From contig RSEE01000007.1 of the NCBI GenBank assembly GCA_003971905.1, positions 1 through 64,000 of the forward strand: a DNA stretch of 64,000 nucleotides, given 5' to 3'. Positions 38,701-50,050 of the stretch are shown here, in pieces. Both the position numbers and the translations under genes were made by a program. The stretch is from Moniliella sp. 'wahieum' (lineage: Eukaryota). The first letter of the stretch is position 1, and each line of letters begins with the position of its first letter. Below the pieces are notes generated by a model that was not told where the DNA came from, did no database searches, and saw only the letters and a list, made by a program, of their open reading frames with translations.

Positions 38701-39385
38701 GCCGCTGGTCACATTGAGTACCATGCCTCGCTCACGCTGGATGACACTGTTGAACTGGACATGATCAAGGCGAGGGACAAGCCTATTGAAGCACCCAAGG
38801 CGCCGGAGAAGGCACCTTTCTTCCTGCCCCAAGTGGCGGGAACCACCTCGTCGTGGGTGGACTGGACGAGGCCAAATCCCGCCCGGGCCTCGGGGACGAA
38901 GGCGGCCGAATCGCGCATCACGACCGGCATGTTTGATGTTGGAATCGGACTTGTGTGCGCCGTCTGAAGCAGGCGCTGCATGAGGGAAAGTCGGGTGCTT
39001 CTTCCTTTACCTGAATGCGTTGACACCACCGCAGCTGGACGTGGAGCTGCGCTCGGGTGCTGCCGGAAGAGCTGCGTTGGTTCCTTCAAATCTCACGCTG
39101 CGCCTTGAGGCGGGGCAGGACTTTGAGGCGGTGCAGGCGCTGCTCGCCGTGTTCCTCAAGCTGCCATGGAAGCTGATCCTCCATGGCGCGACGGTGGACG
39201 CCAATGGGGATGTACAGATGGACGAGGCCGCGGCAGGCACGGGCGACGGGGAGGCCAGTGCCTTGCTGCGCGCGGCGCTGCAGCAGCTCATGGTCCAACT
39301 CCACACCCAGGCCACGCGCGTGATGGATCTGCTGGACTACTGCACTGGCACGCTGGCCTTCCTGCGCGACATGCCGCTCGTGTAG
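35795..39385 (+). CDS. UTP21: U3 snoRNA-associated protein 21 (WD40; WDR36 orthologue); many frameshifts
   Basis: SRLYVPFRAIGYISGAVPF, PALDIVAIGY, ISSSADNSYKQW.FD, RSFELSQG, SDSRWLVT, and C-terminal IKARDKPIEAPKAPEKAPFFLP, DFEAVQALLAVFLK. Intron near 37593-37656; start codon uncertain. Confidence 0.92.
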
Positions 39386-39785
39386 GAAGGCCCGTCGAGA
39401 AAAACAAAACTGCATTGCCATTCTTGCCATTGCCATCTTCATCGTCATCATTATAGCCATCACCATGGCCACCATGCCATCGTCTTGGCGGCTGCCGGCG
39501 CTGGAGCAGACGAGGCAGATGAGGATGAAATCGCTATAGGGGACGAGACTGATGGGCAGGTACTAATTAATCAACGCCAGTGCACAGTTTGGACAAGGAA
39601 AGGCCAGGCGTGCCAATCGGTTACGTAACCCATTCTCGAATCCCCTCGCCTGGCCAACGCAGCCGCACAGACGCAACCACGGGCATTCCGCCGCTGCCCC
39701 GCCCCGCTTCGCCCCCTCCACCCAGTCCACCACCACCACCACCACCACCACCTTCGCGTGCCAGCTGCCTGCCGCCGTCCCCGCC

Positions 39786-41714
39786 ATGGTCCTGGGTCCG
39801 CCGCCGCCCCGACCGGGCCTCCCCGCTCTCTCGCTGACCAGCTCCGGAGCGCCGTTGGCCGCCCGCGCTCCTCCGACGGCAGCCTGCCCCCTGATGGCCC
39901 CGGCTCCCCCCGCTCCATGACAGCGGCCACTTTGACTCGACCTCTCCACGCCCTCAGACATTGTCCCCATCAAGGCGCTCGGCGAGGGCATCAGCGGGCA
40001 AGTCTACCAGGCTGTGCATCGTCCGACCGGCTTTGTCCTGGCCAAAAAAACCATTTCGACCACCCCTGAGCCCGAAGTGTTTGCCAAGATCTTGCGCGAG
40101 CTCGACATCAACAGCCGTTGTGTCAGCCCCTATATTGTGCGCTACTATGGCTCCTTCCTCGAGGCGGAAGACACGGTCATATCCATCTGCATGGAGTACT
40201 GCGCCGGCGGCTCACTCCTGGCCATCTCGCAACGGTACCACAAGTTGGGGGTGGTGCAGATTTCGGAAAAAGTATTGGCCACCATTTCCTTCAGCGTTCT
40301 TTCTGGTCTCGACTACCTCCACTCTCAGGGTGTGGTCCATCGCGACATCAAGCCTTCCAACATTCTTCTCACAGCCGATGGCCAGACCAAGCTGTGCGAC
40401 TTTGGGGTGTCGGGTGTGCTGGTGGACTCGATTGCCGGCACGTTCACGGGAACCAGCATGTACATGGCCCCCGAACGGCTGGAGGGCCATCCGTGCGGGA
40501 TCAACGGTGACGTTTGGTCCTTGGGTCTGACCATCTACCAAGTTGCTACGGGAAACAATCCGTACCTGGTCGGTAACGAAGCTCACTTGAGCCCTGTGGA
40601 GATGGTGATGATGGTTCTCAATGATCCCCACCCACCTTGCCGCCTGACACGGCGCAGGTCAAGTGGAGCAACTACTTTCGCAGCTTTCTCAAACATACGC
40701 TGAACAAAAATCCAGCGCTGCGTCGGACGCCCCGCGCTATGCTCGCCCACCCCTGGCTCAATGTCGCGCAGAGCAAGGGCATGCAACAATCAATGGCCCA
40801 TTTTGTCGCAGGTGCTTGGGGCTGGGGCCCCGAAGGACCTCCGCCAGTCAAGATTCCCAAACATCCCAACCGTCTCTTATTCCAACCCCAAGCCGGGATG
40901 GTCTTACCTCGTGGCTCCGATGGCCCTGCGACCCCCAGACCTGGACGACCGGGAGGCATGTCTTCCCTTACCGCGTCCGTCCCGACCCTACTACGGCACG
41001 GCCACGGGGGAGAATGGCGTCCAACGCGACGCATCTAGGTCATGCTTCTTCCTCTAGTGTCAGCGAATCGGAAACCGAGACGGAACCCTCTGTGCACCCC
41101 ACCTCTGACCAAGGAAGAGGCTGCCCTTGACCTGGAGCCGTCCCGGCGCCGATTCGGCCAAAGCAGAAGGGACGAAGTAAAGCTTTGGCTCAAGGGCTGG
41201 TCCGATTGACCATTGGTACCTCCAGCCCAGTTTGGGATGAGCCTGCGAATGCGAGAAATACGGCTCGTCCTGCTCGCCTGCCTACCCTGCCCCGGCCTAT
41301 CCTACCCCAGCCTCCACCAGCTCTCTTGTGACACCACCTCCTCACCCCCAGTCGGCTCCCGCACCCGCCATGCCTGCACGTCCCAAACTTTCTTTAGCCC
41401 CGATCGCATTGGGTACCTCGACTCGGCCCAAACCTCGAGTGCCCGCCTTATCCCTCGCGCCATTGAGTTTGGCGCCTACACAAGGAGCGGGTGCCAGCCG
41501 AGGTGCCAGTGCCGACGACGACGAGGTACCCGACTCCCCTCGGACCCTGGCTGCCGCGCGGGCGCGAGAAAGTGCGTTGGGCTTGGTAGGTGAAGGCGAG
41601 GAAGAACCGTTTGCGCCAGGGATTGGCTCAACTACAACTGGTCCCGCAGTTGATGGTTGCACATTCTTTTTGTTGTTGGGTCCCACCTTCTCGTTCTCTC
41701 CCGCACGTGTATAG
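39786..41714 (+). CDS. MAP kinase kinase, Mkk1/Mkk2/Pek1 (cell-wall integrity) type
   Basis: LGEGISGQV, LAKKTI, ILRELDIN..SPYIVRYYGSF, MEYCAGGSL, HRDIKPSNILL, KLCDFGVSGVLVDSIAGTFTGTSMYMAPERLEG. Start and 3' tail approximate because of frameshifts. Confidence 0.85.
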
Positions 41715-42950
41715 TACCAGTACCAATGTTAGTTGTGACCAATATCAAAAGCTTGCAGACCCCGTGAGCTGCAGTGTGCTTTCCAAAGGCACGACACAAA
41801 CTTCATCTAGAATCGGCGAGAACGAGATAGGGACACACGTGCTATGCCACCAACGCGCACTTAGAGTCTCGGCCATAACTTAACCGACATGTGACGACCA
41901 TCGCTTGTCATCCTGCCCACGGCCTCGTGGTCTTATAACGGTGGAGTGCGTGAAGGCATAACAAGAATGGGGTGGTAGTAAGAGCATCCAAGGGAGTTAG
42001 TGTGTGAGAGGAGGATTCAACGTTTTTGCACAAATCACGGGTTTCTTACCACTGCATATGCTTCCATCATCTTGGGGCAGTGGCAGGCGAGCAAGGCTGG
42101 GGAAGAGATGGTGTGGATGCAATCAGGGGGTCGGAGGCGGCCCGAAGGCGCAAACAAAAGGAGGGGTGAAACAGAGGCGGGACGGGGCCGCCGCCGCCCA
42201 CACATCTCTTCTACCCACGTGACCAAAAGTACATGATCATGAGAGATGCCATCAAGATCGCCTACAGGACTCCTGCACATTTTGAGACTCTTTTCCTGAA
42301 GTTATCAAGCAACACATGGAGGATGAACGGGTCAGTTTATCCGCAGCGTTTCTTTGTCCACAGCCTTAAGCTCTATCAATGATATGGTTGCAGAAGAAGA
42401 GGAGTCTTATTGCTACAGACACGATGGTTCATCGTCCACATGTCTGCCACCCTTAGTATCCACTGGCGCAACATTCGGCCTTCGGAAAAAGCGAATGAAG
42501 GGGGTCCAGACCTGCTCGCAACCCCGAGCCTCTCTTGCATGGGTGGAACGATGAGACCAGCTAAGCGCTCTAACAGAGCACACGCCGGATGAGCAAACCT
42601 GGTAAGTAGGCGCAGCGTTTCTTTGTCTCTTTGTCTTCAATAAGTTTTGATGAACGCGACAGAACTCGGTGGGCGGAGTCTTCCAAACTCCCGCACACGC
42701 GCTACATGATGCCAGTTGAGGCCTGAGGTCCCCACAAAACTTCTCTCCCCAAATGGATGTCGGTACCGGTCATTGCCGCACTGGCACAGCTGGTGCTGCG
42801 GTACCGTCCAACCATCCCTCATGCACATCATGCATCACCTTTACCGACGGTCAACACCTCAACGCGTCAACGATCCCCATCAGGATCATGTCCGTCGTGA
42901 CATGCATGTGTGACAAATGTGAAGGCAAGTGCGGCTTCGGCTCCGACAAC

Positions 42951-43030
42951 CTTGAAGCTTGAAGCTTGAACCTTGAACCTTGAACAGCTTGAACGTTGAA
43001 CCTTGAACGTCTTGAACGTCTTGAAGCTTG
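42951..43030. repeat. Heptad TNA-palindrome patch 4
   Basis: TGA-AGCT-TGA-AGCT-TGA-ACCT-TGA-ACCT-TGA..TGA-ACGT-TGA at 42953-42999, plus 9-bp variants TTGAACGTC. Confidence 0.9.
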
Positions 43031-43639
43031 GCCGGCCGGCTTGACCGAACATACAGGAACATACAATACACCCGAACTATGTGGAATGTGAGACACTCGC
43101 GCTGACATATGTCTCAGATAGAACACTCCCCCCACACACCTTCCTCGCGGACTGCAAAACTACAAGTGGGACGTTCGGAAAGGAGTCCGAGAGTTAAAGG
43201 AAAGAGCCGCAGGAAAATGGGCGAAGCGGAGCATGCATATCTCAGTTGCATTAATCAAGTCTTCTTTCGCCGTTGTTGTGTTTCTCATGTCCGCACGCCC
43301 TCTCGGCACGTCCTATAGTTTTGGGACGATTCCCAAGGCACCGACAGACTGTCGTGCTGCGACGAAGATGCAACGAGGTGTGAGAATGTTGGCTCTGAGA
43401 ATCTGATGTACGGGAATGAGCAAGGTGTGCCGTAAATATGTGTATGATATGTGGGATACGATCTCTGACACAGACAGAGAAGGAGCCCGGAAGGAAGGAG
43501 AACGAAAAGCGACCAAAATGGGGCACAATAAAGAGCACACCACACTCCTGCCACGGCCTTCTTCTCAAGCTCTCAAGTGCTATTGTGATTGATATTTGAT
43601 GTTGATGATTAGTGTTAGTGACTGGCATCTGTCACTCCC

Positions 43640-43985
43640 ATGTCACATGTCACACATGTCCTGGCGTCTGCCTCCAGAGGCCAGCGGACGGTGAATGTTC
43701 CTGGCGGGGTTCGATGGGCGAGGATGCAGTGACTGCCCACGTACTGAGTCAGTCCTCCGGGGTATTGGAGGCATTGCCATCACCTTCGTCAGGACCAGGC
43801 ACATTGGCAGTGTCGGAGACTGCTATTCTGAGATCTCTGAGTGCGTCTGGGGATCTGAGATCTGGGGCCGGTGAGTACTGAGTACTGTCAAGCTTGTCAA
43901 GTACGAATACTGAGTTCAGAGCCCTGCCTGAGGACTGAGGCACTGTTGCAACTCGTACGCATGCATCATGCATCATGCATCATGC
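43640..43985. repeat. Heptad TNA-palindrome patch 5
   Basis: TCA(CATG)TCA 43643-43652; TGA(GTAC)TGA 43872-43881; TCA(TGCA)TCA x2 43966-43982; TGAGATCT variants. Confidence 0.85.
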
Positions 43986-44529
43986 GACAGGCGGGACGCA
44001 CTGCGCCTGGGCTGAGATTGAGCTGAGACCGCCGTCTGGGAAGAGTGCGAGTGATGGGGATGCATCGTTTGGGACAGGCGATGCATGATGCGGAGAACCG
44101 AGGTTCAGCGGGGGGCGACTGTGCCGCGCCTGGGCGGGCCGGAGTCTGGGCCCAGTCTGGGCCGAGCGCCCATCGGTCTAGGCCGTGCGGCGGCGGGAGC
44201 GCGCGGACACTGGCCCGCTGCCCGCCTGTTCTCACACAACCACACGACCGGCGTTTGTGCCGTCGCACCGCCGTCGCTCTGCTTTGGGGGCCAGCAAAAA
44301 AAACAAGGCGGGGTTGGACGTGCTTCGTCCTTGCTGGGTGATCGCTGTTGTCCAGCCTTGGTGGGCGCGCGGTTATAGGCGCGTCGTTGAGGCCCACGGC
44401 AGGCGCTGCCCGAACATCTTCCCTCGCTGCACCGCCCTCTGGTCACCTCCAGTCCCTTATTCCCACCTCGTCCTGGCCTCCATTCCGACCGCCACCACCA
44501 CCACTCCCCCCTCCTTTCTCCTTTGTGGG

Positions 44530-46419
44530 ATGATGCAGCAGCCATCCGCCGCCACCGCATACGTTGCGGACCTTCCCCTGTCCTACCCCTCCTCCCTCCC
44601 GCCGCCACAATCACCGCACCACCACCACCAGCCAACCACCTTGCCCGACATCTTCCTCCACACCCAACACTCCCTGCCTCAAATGCACCAGTCGCTCGCA
44701 CCTTCTACCTTTCCCTCTGCTGCCTTGTTCCCGCCCTCTCCCTCTGCGCAAACGGCACCACCAGCTTCGGCTGCCATCGCTTCTGCACTTCCCACCTCCC
44801 CCCACACTCAGCAGGACCACGACGAGCTTCACTTTTTTCTTCATGGTCACCGCGATGGTCCGATGGCTGCTGATCTTTCGCTTGGTGCCCTCGCACACCA
44901 AGCCACAGAACTCACTCACTTCCCCCCGTCCCACCCCCACCCTCTCTCTCTCTCTCCAAGCGAGCCGATCTCGTCTCCTCGCACGTCCATCCCATCCAAC
45001 CCCATCCCCATCCGGCGAGGCAGCAAAGGCGTCAGGAAGTCCAGCAAGCGCAACCCGCACTTTGTTACCAAGCTATTTTATATGTTGGAGGACGGATCAT
45101 GGAATGATGTGGTACGATGGTCCTACGCCCGCGACAGTTTCATCATCGTGGTACGTCCCCCCCTTCCCCGATCTGCGGTGTTGTGAGAGAGGTGTACAAA
45201 TGAAACTAGAGAACTGACGTTGGGCGGGACTTTTTGTTGTGTTGTGGGATTGTGTGGGCACAGAGCATGGACAACTTTAACAACCACATCCTTCCCCATC
45301 ACTTTAAGCATTCCAATTTTTCTAGCTTTGTCCGCCAACTGAACAAGTACGACTTCCACAAGGTGAAGAAGAACCCAGTTTTGCTGGCAAAGCTCTTTGA
45401 CATGGAGCCAGACCAGGCCCAGCCAGCCATGTTTGAGCAAATGTGGGAGTTTAAACACCATTCGTTCTGTGCTGGTCAACCAGACCTGCTCGACTTGATC
45501 CAGCGCAAGCCTCCCACCAATTCGGTCGCTGCCCCTGGTACCATCACGACTAGTACCGCGTCTGGATCTGGAACGGAACGAGCCTCCCCTCTTGCCCCTG
45601 CGGCCGAAACTATTTCCGACCCGCTTGTCTCTCCACCTTGATCCCCCCCGCCACAGAGTGTGGTGGAAGAAATGTCCGACCTCAAGCACCAACTGAGCGG
45701 GTTGCAACAGGTCCAGGACCACTTGGTCCAGCATCTCGGCACGCTCTCCAAGCAGTACGAGATGGTGGTTACGGACATCGTGCAGGTGCAAGAGAATTTG
45801 GTGCACCAGGGCAAGCTGATGCAGATTATCGTTGGCCACCTGGCCACCACCTCCTCTTCCTCCACCGCCATCAAACCGAGTCCCACTCTTTCCGTCCCAG
45901 TGGATCTATCGTCGTTGGCGTCCAGTCTTGCGCTTTTTGGTCGCTCGCAAGCCGAGCTGCCAGACAAGAAGACGAGGAGCATGTCGCTCCCGGAAAATGG
46001 AACTGCTGGGTCCTGCTTATCGCTCTCCCGCCAGTGGTGCAGCATCTGCAGCAACCCCTTGTGTCTAGCTCTTCCTTGGCGCTCTCCTTTGTTCGCACCC
46101 TGCACAGTTGCTCTGCGCCTCGGACTCGGGCATTGGGAGTGGTGCGCTGAAGCAAGAGGAGCCTAGCTTGCTTCCTCCCACTTATGCGGCACAGCAAGGA
46201 GAGTCCCCTTCAAATGGTGTGGTGGGTTGGCAACAGGCTCAGCAGAATGAGCTCACCTCGCCTGGTTCGGTCGGAGGGAGTTGCGTACGATCTACTTGCA
46301 TTGGTTCGGCTCCTCCTGTGCACTCCAGCACCATTAGCCCACTCAAGCGCCCTTGCAGTAGCGTGTCCGCTGCACCCGAGTTTGGCTCGCCCCTCCACAA
46401 ACGGGTTCGGATCGCTTGA
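44530..46419 (+). CDS. HSF-type DNA-binding transcription factor, Skn7/Prr1-like DBD plus coiled coil, no receiver domain seen
   Basis: FVTKLFYMLED..VVRWS..DSFIIV | FNNHILPHHFKHSNFSSFVRQLNKYDFHKVK..WEFKH. Intron 45151-45263; coiled coil at 45660-45840; ends KRVRIA*. Confidence 0.85.
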
Positions 46420-47438
46420 TGTTCCCTCCTTGCTCTCCCGGTTTCCCCCCTGGCGCCGTGCGTGGTTAGCACAGAGGCAGGGGAGCTCTGTCTCATCCAC
46501 AGTCAATTCGTTTTTTTTGGTATCTATCGTTTCTCCTGTTGTTCCCTTTCTTTGCTGTATGGGGTTGTACGTTCTCTGTTTACTTTGGGTTCAAGGCGGG
46601 TCTGATCTTGCATTGCAATCCTTTTCCCCTTGGCAAGGCGAACTGGATTTTGCAATGGCTTTTCGTCACGGGTTTTGGTTCGGGCAGAAATGGCCCTTTT
46701 CTTCGTTCAATGGATCCGTCTCACGTTCACCGTTTCGAGGGACGCAGGCTGGGGCCAGTCTCTTCCCCCCTCGCACGTCCCCGGTTGATATCTGTCATGG
46801 TGTTTATTCTTTTTTATGTTCTTTCCGTCTCCTCTTCCTCTTCCTCTTCCTCGCTCTCGCATCGATCATTGCGCCTCATCCCTCTCTCTGCCTTTCCTTT
46901 TTCTCCCTTGCAAAACCTCAGTCGGTCTTCTCCGGTCGGTAACCCTTGTCACCTGTCATTTGTCTCTGCCATCTCCACTCGCATGCATATGTTATTCTCC
47001 ACTTCCCCACTGTCTTGCGGTACATATCATTTGTTCATATGTTGCCGTCACTCTAGCAGTCGCTGTCTCGCTCGATTGTAAACTTGCCATAATACCTGTG
47101 CGGAATCGCAGAGAGAGGAGATGCGGCAGATTATCAGGAAGAAGACGGCCATGCAAGCGGCGAGTTCAGTCCGGTGAATGGAGTTCAAGTGCTGGGAGCA
47201 TACCGACACAAAGGGAAACCCCAACCGAGAACAGACCAAGGGCCGAGAGTCCACCTGGTGAGCATGTATCGCCAGATGTGAATGGGTGGGTGCGTACGTG
47301 TAAGTTGGATGCGGGTGTTGCGAAACCACGGCTATACGAATCGTAAGTCCACCTTCCCTATACCTGGTGCATTGCCAGCCCACATGATGCACATGATGAA
47401 GACGAGCATATTGGATGTGTCTCCATACACGGGCAGAT

Positions 47439-47524
47439 GGGCGGATAGCTCAGTTGGTAGAGCGCACGCTTCGCATCTCCCTTGTGCTTGTGTGAGGTCT
47501 GGGGTTCGATTCCCTATTCGTCCA
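47439..47524 (+). tRNA. tRNA-Ala (anticodon CGC) with a 13-nt intron at position 37/38
   Basis: Acceptor stem GGGCGGA/TTCGTCC with G3:U70; D arm GCTC/GAGC; anticodon stem CACGC/GTGTG with TT-CGC-A; intron 47476-47488; T arm TGGGG-TTCGATT-CCCTA. Confidence 0.95.
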
Positions 47525-47525
47525 A

Positions 47526-47537
47526 TTTTTGTTTTTT
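47526..47537 (+). terminator. RNA polymerase III terminator (T5-G-T6)
   Basis: Oligo-T runs immediately after the tRNA. Confidence 0.8.
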
Positions 47538-47860
47538 GGTTTACCAATTTTCCTTTTGCCATTTTGCACGCCCATCATGCATGTTATCTTCTCGGCTGTC
47601 CCTGCCAAAATGCCAAGTGCTCCGCTAGCCGGCGCACATGGTGCGCGTCTTCCCGCCCGAGCAGCAGCGTTCCGGTGGGAATGCGAGACGCGGGTTGGCG
47701 CAGCCACTTTCATACGTGGGGGGGAAGAGGTGGACTGAAAACTACGTGATGCGTGTCTGCTTTGGGTGCGGAAGGAGCGGTGGCCCTTCTGGGCTCCTAT
47801 TCTGCACCAATAACAAAAACAGGGACACGGAACAGGTAAGCCCAGCCGGCGCTTGTCGTC

Positions 47861-48514
47861 TTAGACCGTTTCGACCGCCGCATACTCGGAGCTGACCGGG
47901 GGCTCGACAAAGATCGCGTGGCCGAGCACGAGCAAGGCGGAGGATCCGATGAACCAAAACACCAGCAGGAACGGGCTGGCCCCACAGAGCAGTGGGATGC
48001 CAATCACGAGCAAGGCCGTGTAGAGCGAGCGCTGGGTCACGACATGGCTGCCTACTTGCAAAGGTTCTGGGGCGAATTTGTTGATCGCCCAAAAGCCAGC
48101 GACGAGGAACGCAATGGCAAACAGCAGCAGTTCGCTCGTCAGCATCCCGTACACCCCCAGCACCAGCACGATGGCCAGGTAGTTGCCAGCAAAGTAGCGT
48201 GTGTTGTAGGTGATGCGCTGGGCGGCCTCGGTGGCGCCGCTGGGACGGCTGATGCGGTTGGGATCGAGGAACTCGCGCGGACTGCGAAATCCCATCAGGA
48301 TGGACTTGGCGCGCATGACCATCCCTGTGCCGGACGAATCCGAAGGCGATTCGCCCCCGCCGAACCGAAGCAAGTCTGGGACTGGAGGAGGCGCAGGAGC
48401 GAGGAGCAAGGCGCGGACAGGGGGGGGGGGGTGAGTGGTCCGCATGGAGCAACGCAGCAGGCGGGGGGAGGAGAGGAACGTACGCCTGCGTGCAGCATCC
48501 AGCAGCTGCGCCAT
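47861..48514 (-). CDS. YIP3: Prenylated Rab acceptor PRA1/Yip3 family protein
   Basis: FRSPREFLDPNRISRP..AAQRITYNTRYFAGNY..SSALLVLGHAIFVEPPVSSEYA. Probable intron ~48382-48482 (GTACGT..CACTCAC..CCAG). Confidence 0.92.
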   Translation of the reverse strand: MAQLLDAARRRTFLSSPRLLRCSMRTTHPPPPVRALLLAPAPPPVPDLLRFGGGESPSDSSGTGMVMRAKSILMGFRSPREFLDPNRISRPSGATEAAQRITYNTRYFAGNYLAIVLVLGVYGMLTSELLLFAIAFLVAGFWAINKFAPEPLQVGSHVVTQRSLYTALLVIGIPLLCGASPFLLVFWFIGSSALLVLGHAIFVEPPVSSEYAAVETV

Positions 48515-48542
48515 GGTGGGGATGGGAGGAAGGAGGAGGAGG

Positions 48543-48600
48543 AGGTGGTGGTGGTGGTGGTGTGGTGGTGGTGGTGGTGGTGGTGGTGGTGGTGGTGGTG
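48543..48600. repeat. (GGT)n/(CAC)n microsatellite upstream of YIP3
   Basis: Direct reading. Confidence 0.95.
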
Positions 48601-50050
48601 GCGCTGGTGGTGGCGCTGGCGCTGGCGTTGGCGCTGGACGCTGGCTGGCGGCGCGGGACCAAGTGACGAGAGCCAAGTGACACGTGGCGGCCGTCTCACC
48701 GCCGCACCGCAGCTACCGCAGCTGAGCGCTGGACGGCCTTGAGCGAGCGAGCTGAGGGCTGCCTGGAGCCACGTGACACTGTGCGCCTCCATGGGCGGAA
48801 CGAGGGGGTTCGGGCGGAATGCGAGCGCGGCATGTGCACCACTGCGACTGTGAAACCAATTTTTGTGCGCGTGCGGTGGAGGCCTCCCAGCCAACCACCC
48901 AGCAGATCGAGCACATCGGGCACATCGACATTTCTGGTAAGCAAGCCCGTTCGCCACAGCTCTGGTTCATCGTTCACGTTCATCTGGAAAAGCCCACATC
49001 CCGCAGGGCGCTCAGCGCTCACAACGCGCTGGATCCCTAGCTTGGCGGCGCGGAGCTTGGAAGCTAAACTCTGTGCGGCAGCTGGCCTCTATAGGTCTCT
49101 GGTGTTTTTTGGAGTCGCAATTGCGAGCACAGCGTCTTTTGAGTTATAGATCGGTGGCCCCCTCGGATCGCCCATCTGGCCAAGGCCCTTTCCATGGCCG
49201 CGAGGCTGTGGCTGGAAATGGGCGCTGACGTGCGGCGGGCGTAAGGTGTAAGGCCTAACCGGCTAACCCCCGTGACAGCGTGACCAGCCATGACGCGTGG
49301 CTGCCCTTTGTTATGTGGTGGTTGGTGTACGCGGGATTATGCGCTTGTGACTGGGGCGCTTCCTTCTGGCCCACAGCCAATCAAGTCGTGGGCCTGCCTC
49401 GACTGCGTTGACCAAATCTAATTCCCATGGGCTGTCAATTTCCTCTCGTTGTTGCTGCCTGGCACACCCTTTGGGTGTGTGGGGCAAAAAAGGAGGCGAC
49501 AATACGTCGATTGTACAATTGGGTGCTCGATTTTGTGGCCAGAGTCGGTCGGGTGTTGTTTGGCAGGAGAGAGAGAAGCGGAGGCGGCCACAGTGGCCCA
49601 GGCGCGTCCATCTCGATAGACAAAGCCTAGTAGAAGAGAGTGCCCGTGTGGATGGCTGTGGAGGGTTGGCGGGGGTTCTATTGGCGCTGAGACCTGAGCG
49701 GATTGTGCGTCGGCGGCAGCAGGCCGCAAGCAGCCGCGCCGTGCTGGCTGGAATGGCGGTGGGGCTGCCCGCTGCAACATCCAATGTTCAACCAGCCGGG
49801 GCAGGCGAGCGCACGCCAGCGGCCACGTGATGTGATTGTGGGCGCCGGCGGGGCGCTGGGCGTAGAACCAACCGGGAACGCACAAGTGCGGAAGCGTGGC
49901 CGGTGATCACCGCCGGGCCAGGCGGTGGCCAGCCTCCACCCGCCTGCTGCCTTTCCTCCCGCCCGCCTTGCCCAGCACGCCGACGGAGCCCAGTCGGCCT
50001 GCCCGCTCCTCCCGCCTGCCCCTCCCCCTCCCCCCGCGGCCCTGCCCGCC

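Noticed and set aside
28155..39385. POR1, URA4 and UTP21 as pseudogenes
   Set aside because: These are conserved or essential genes with intact motifs and 1-nt indels, better explained by read error.
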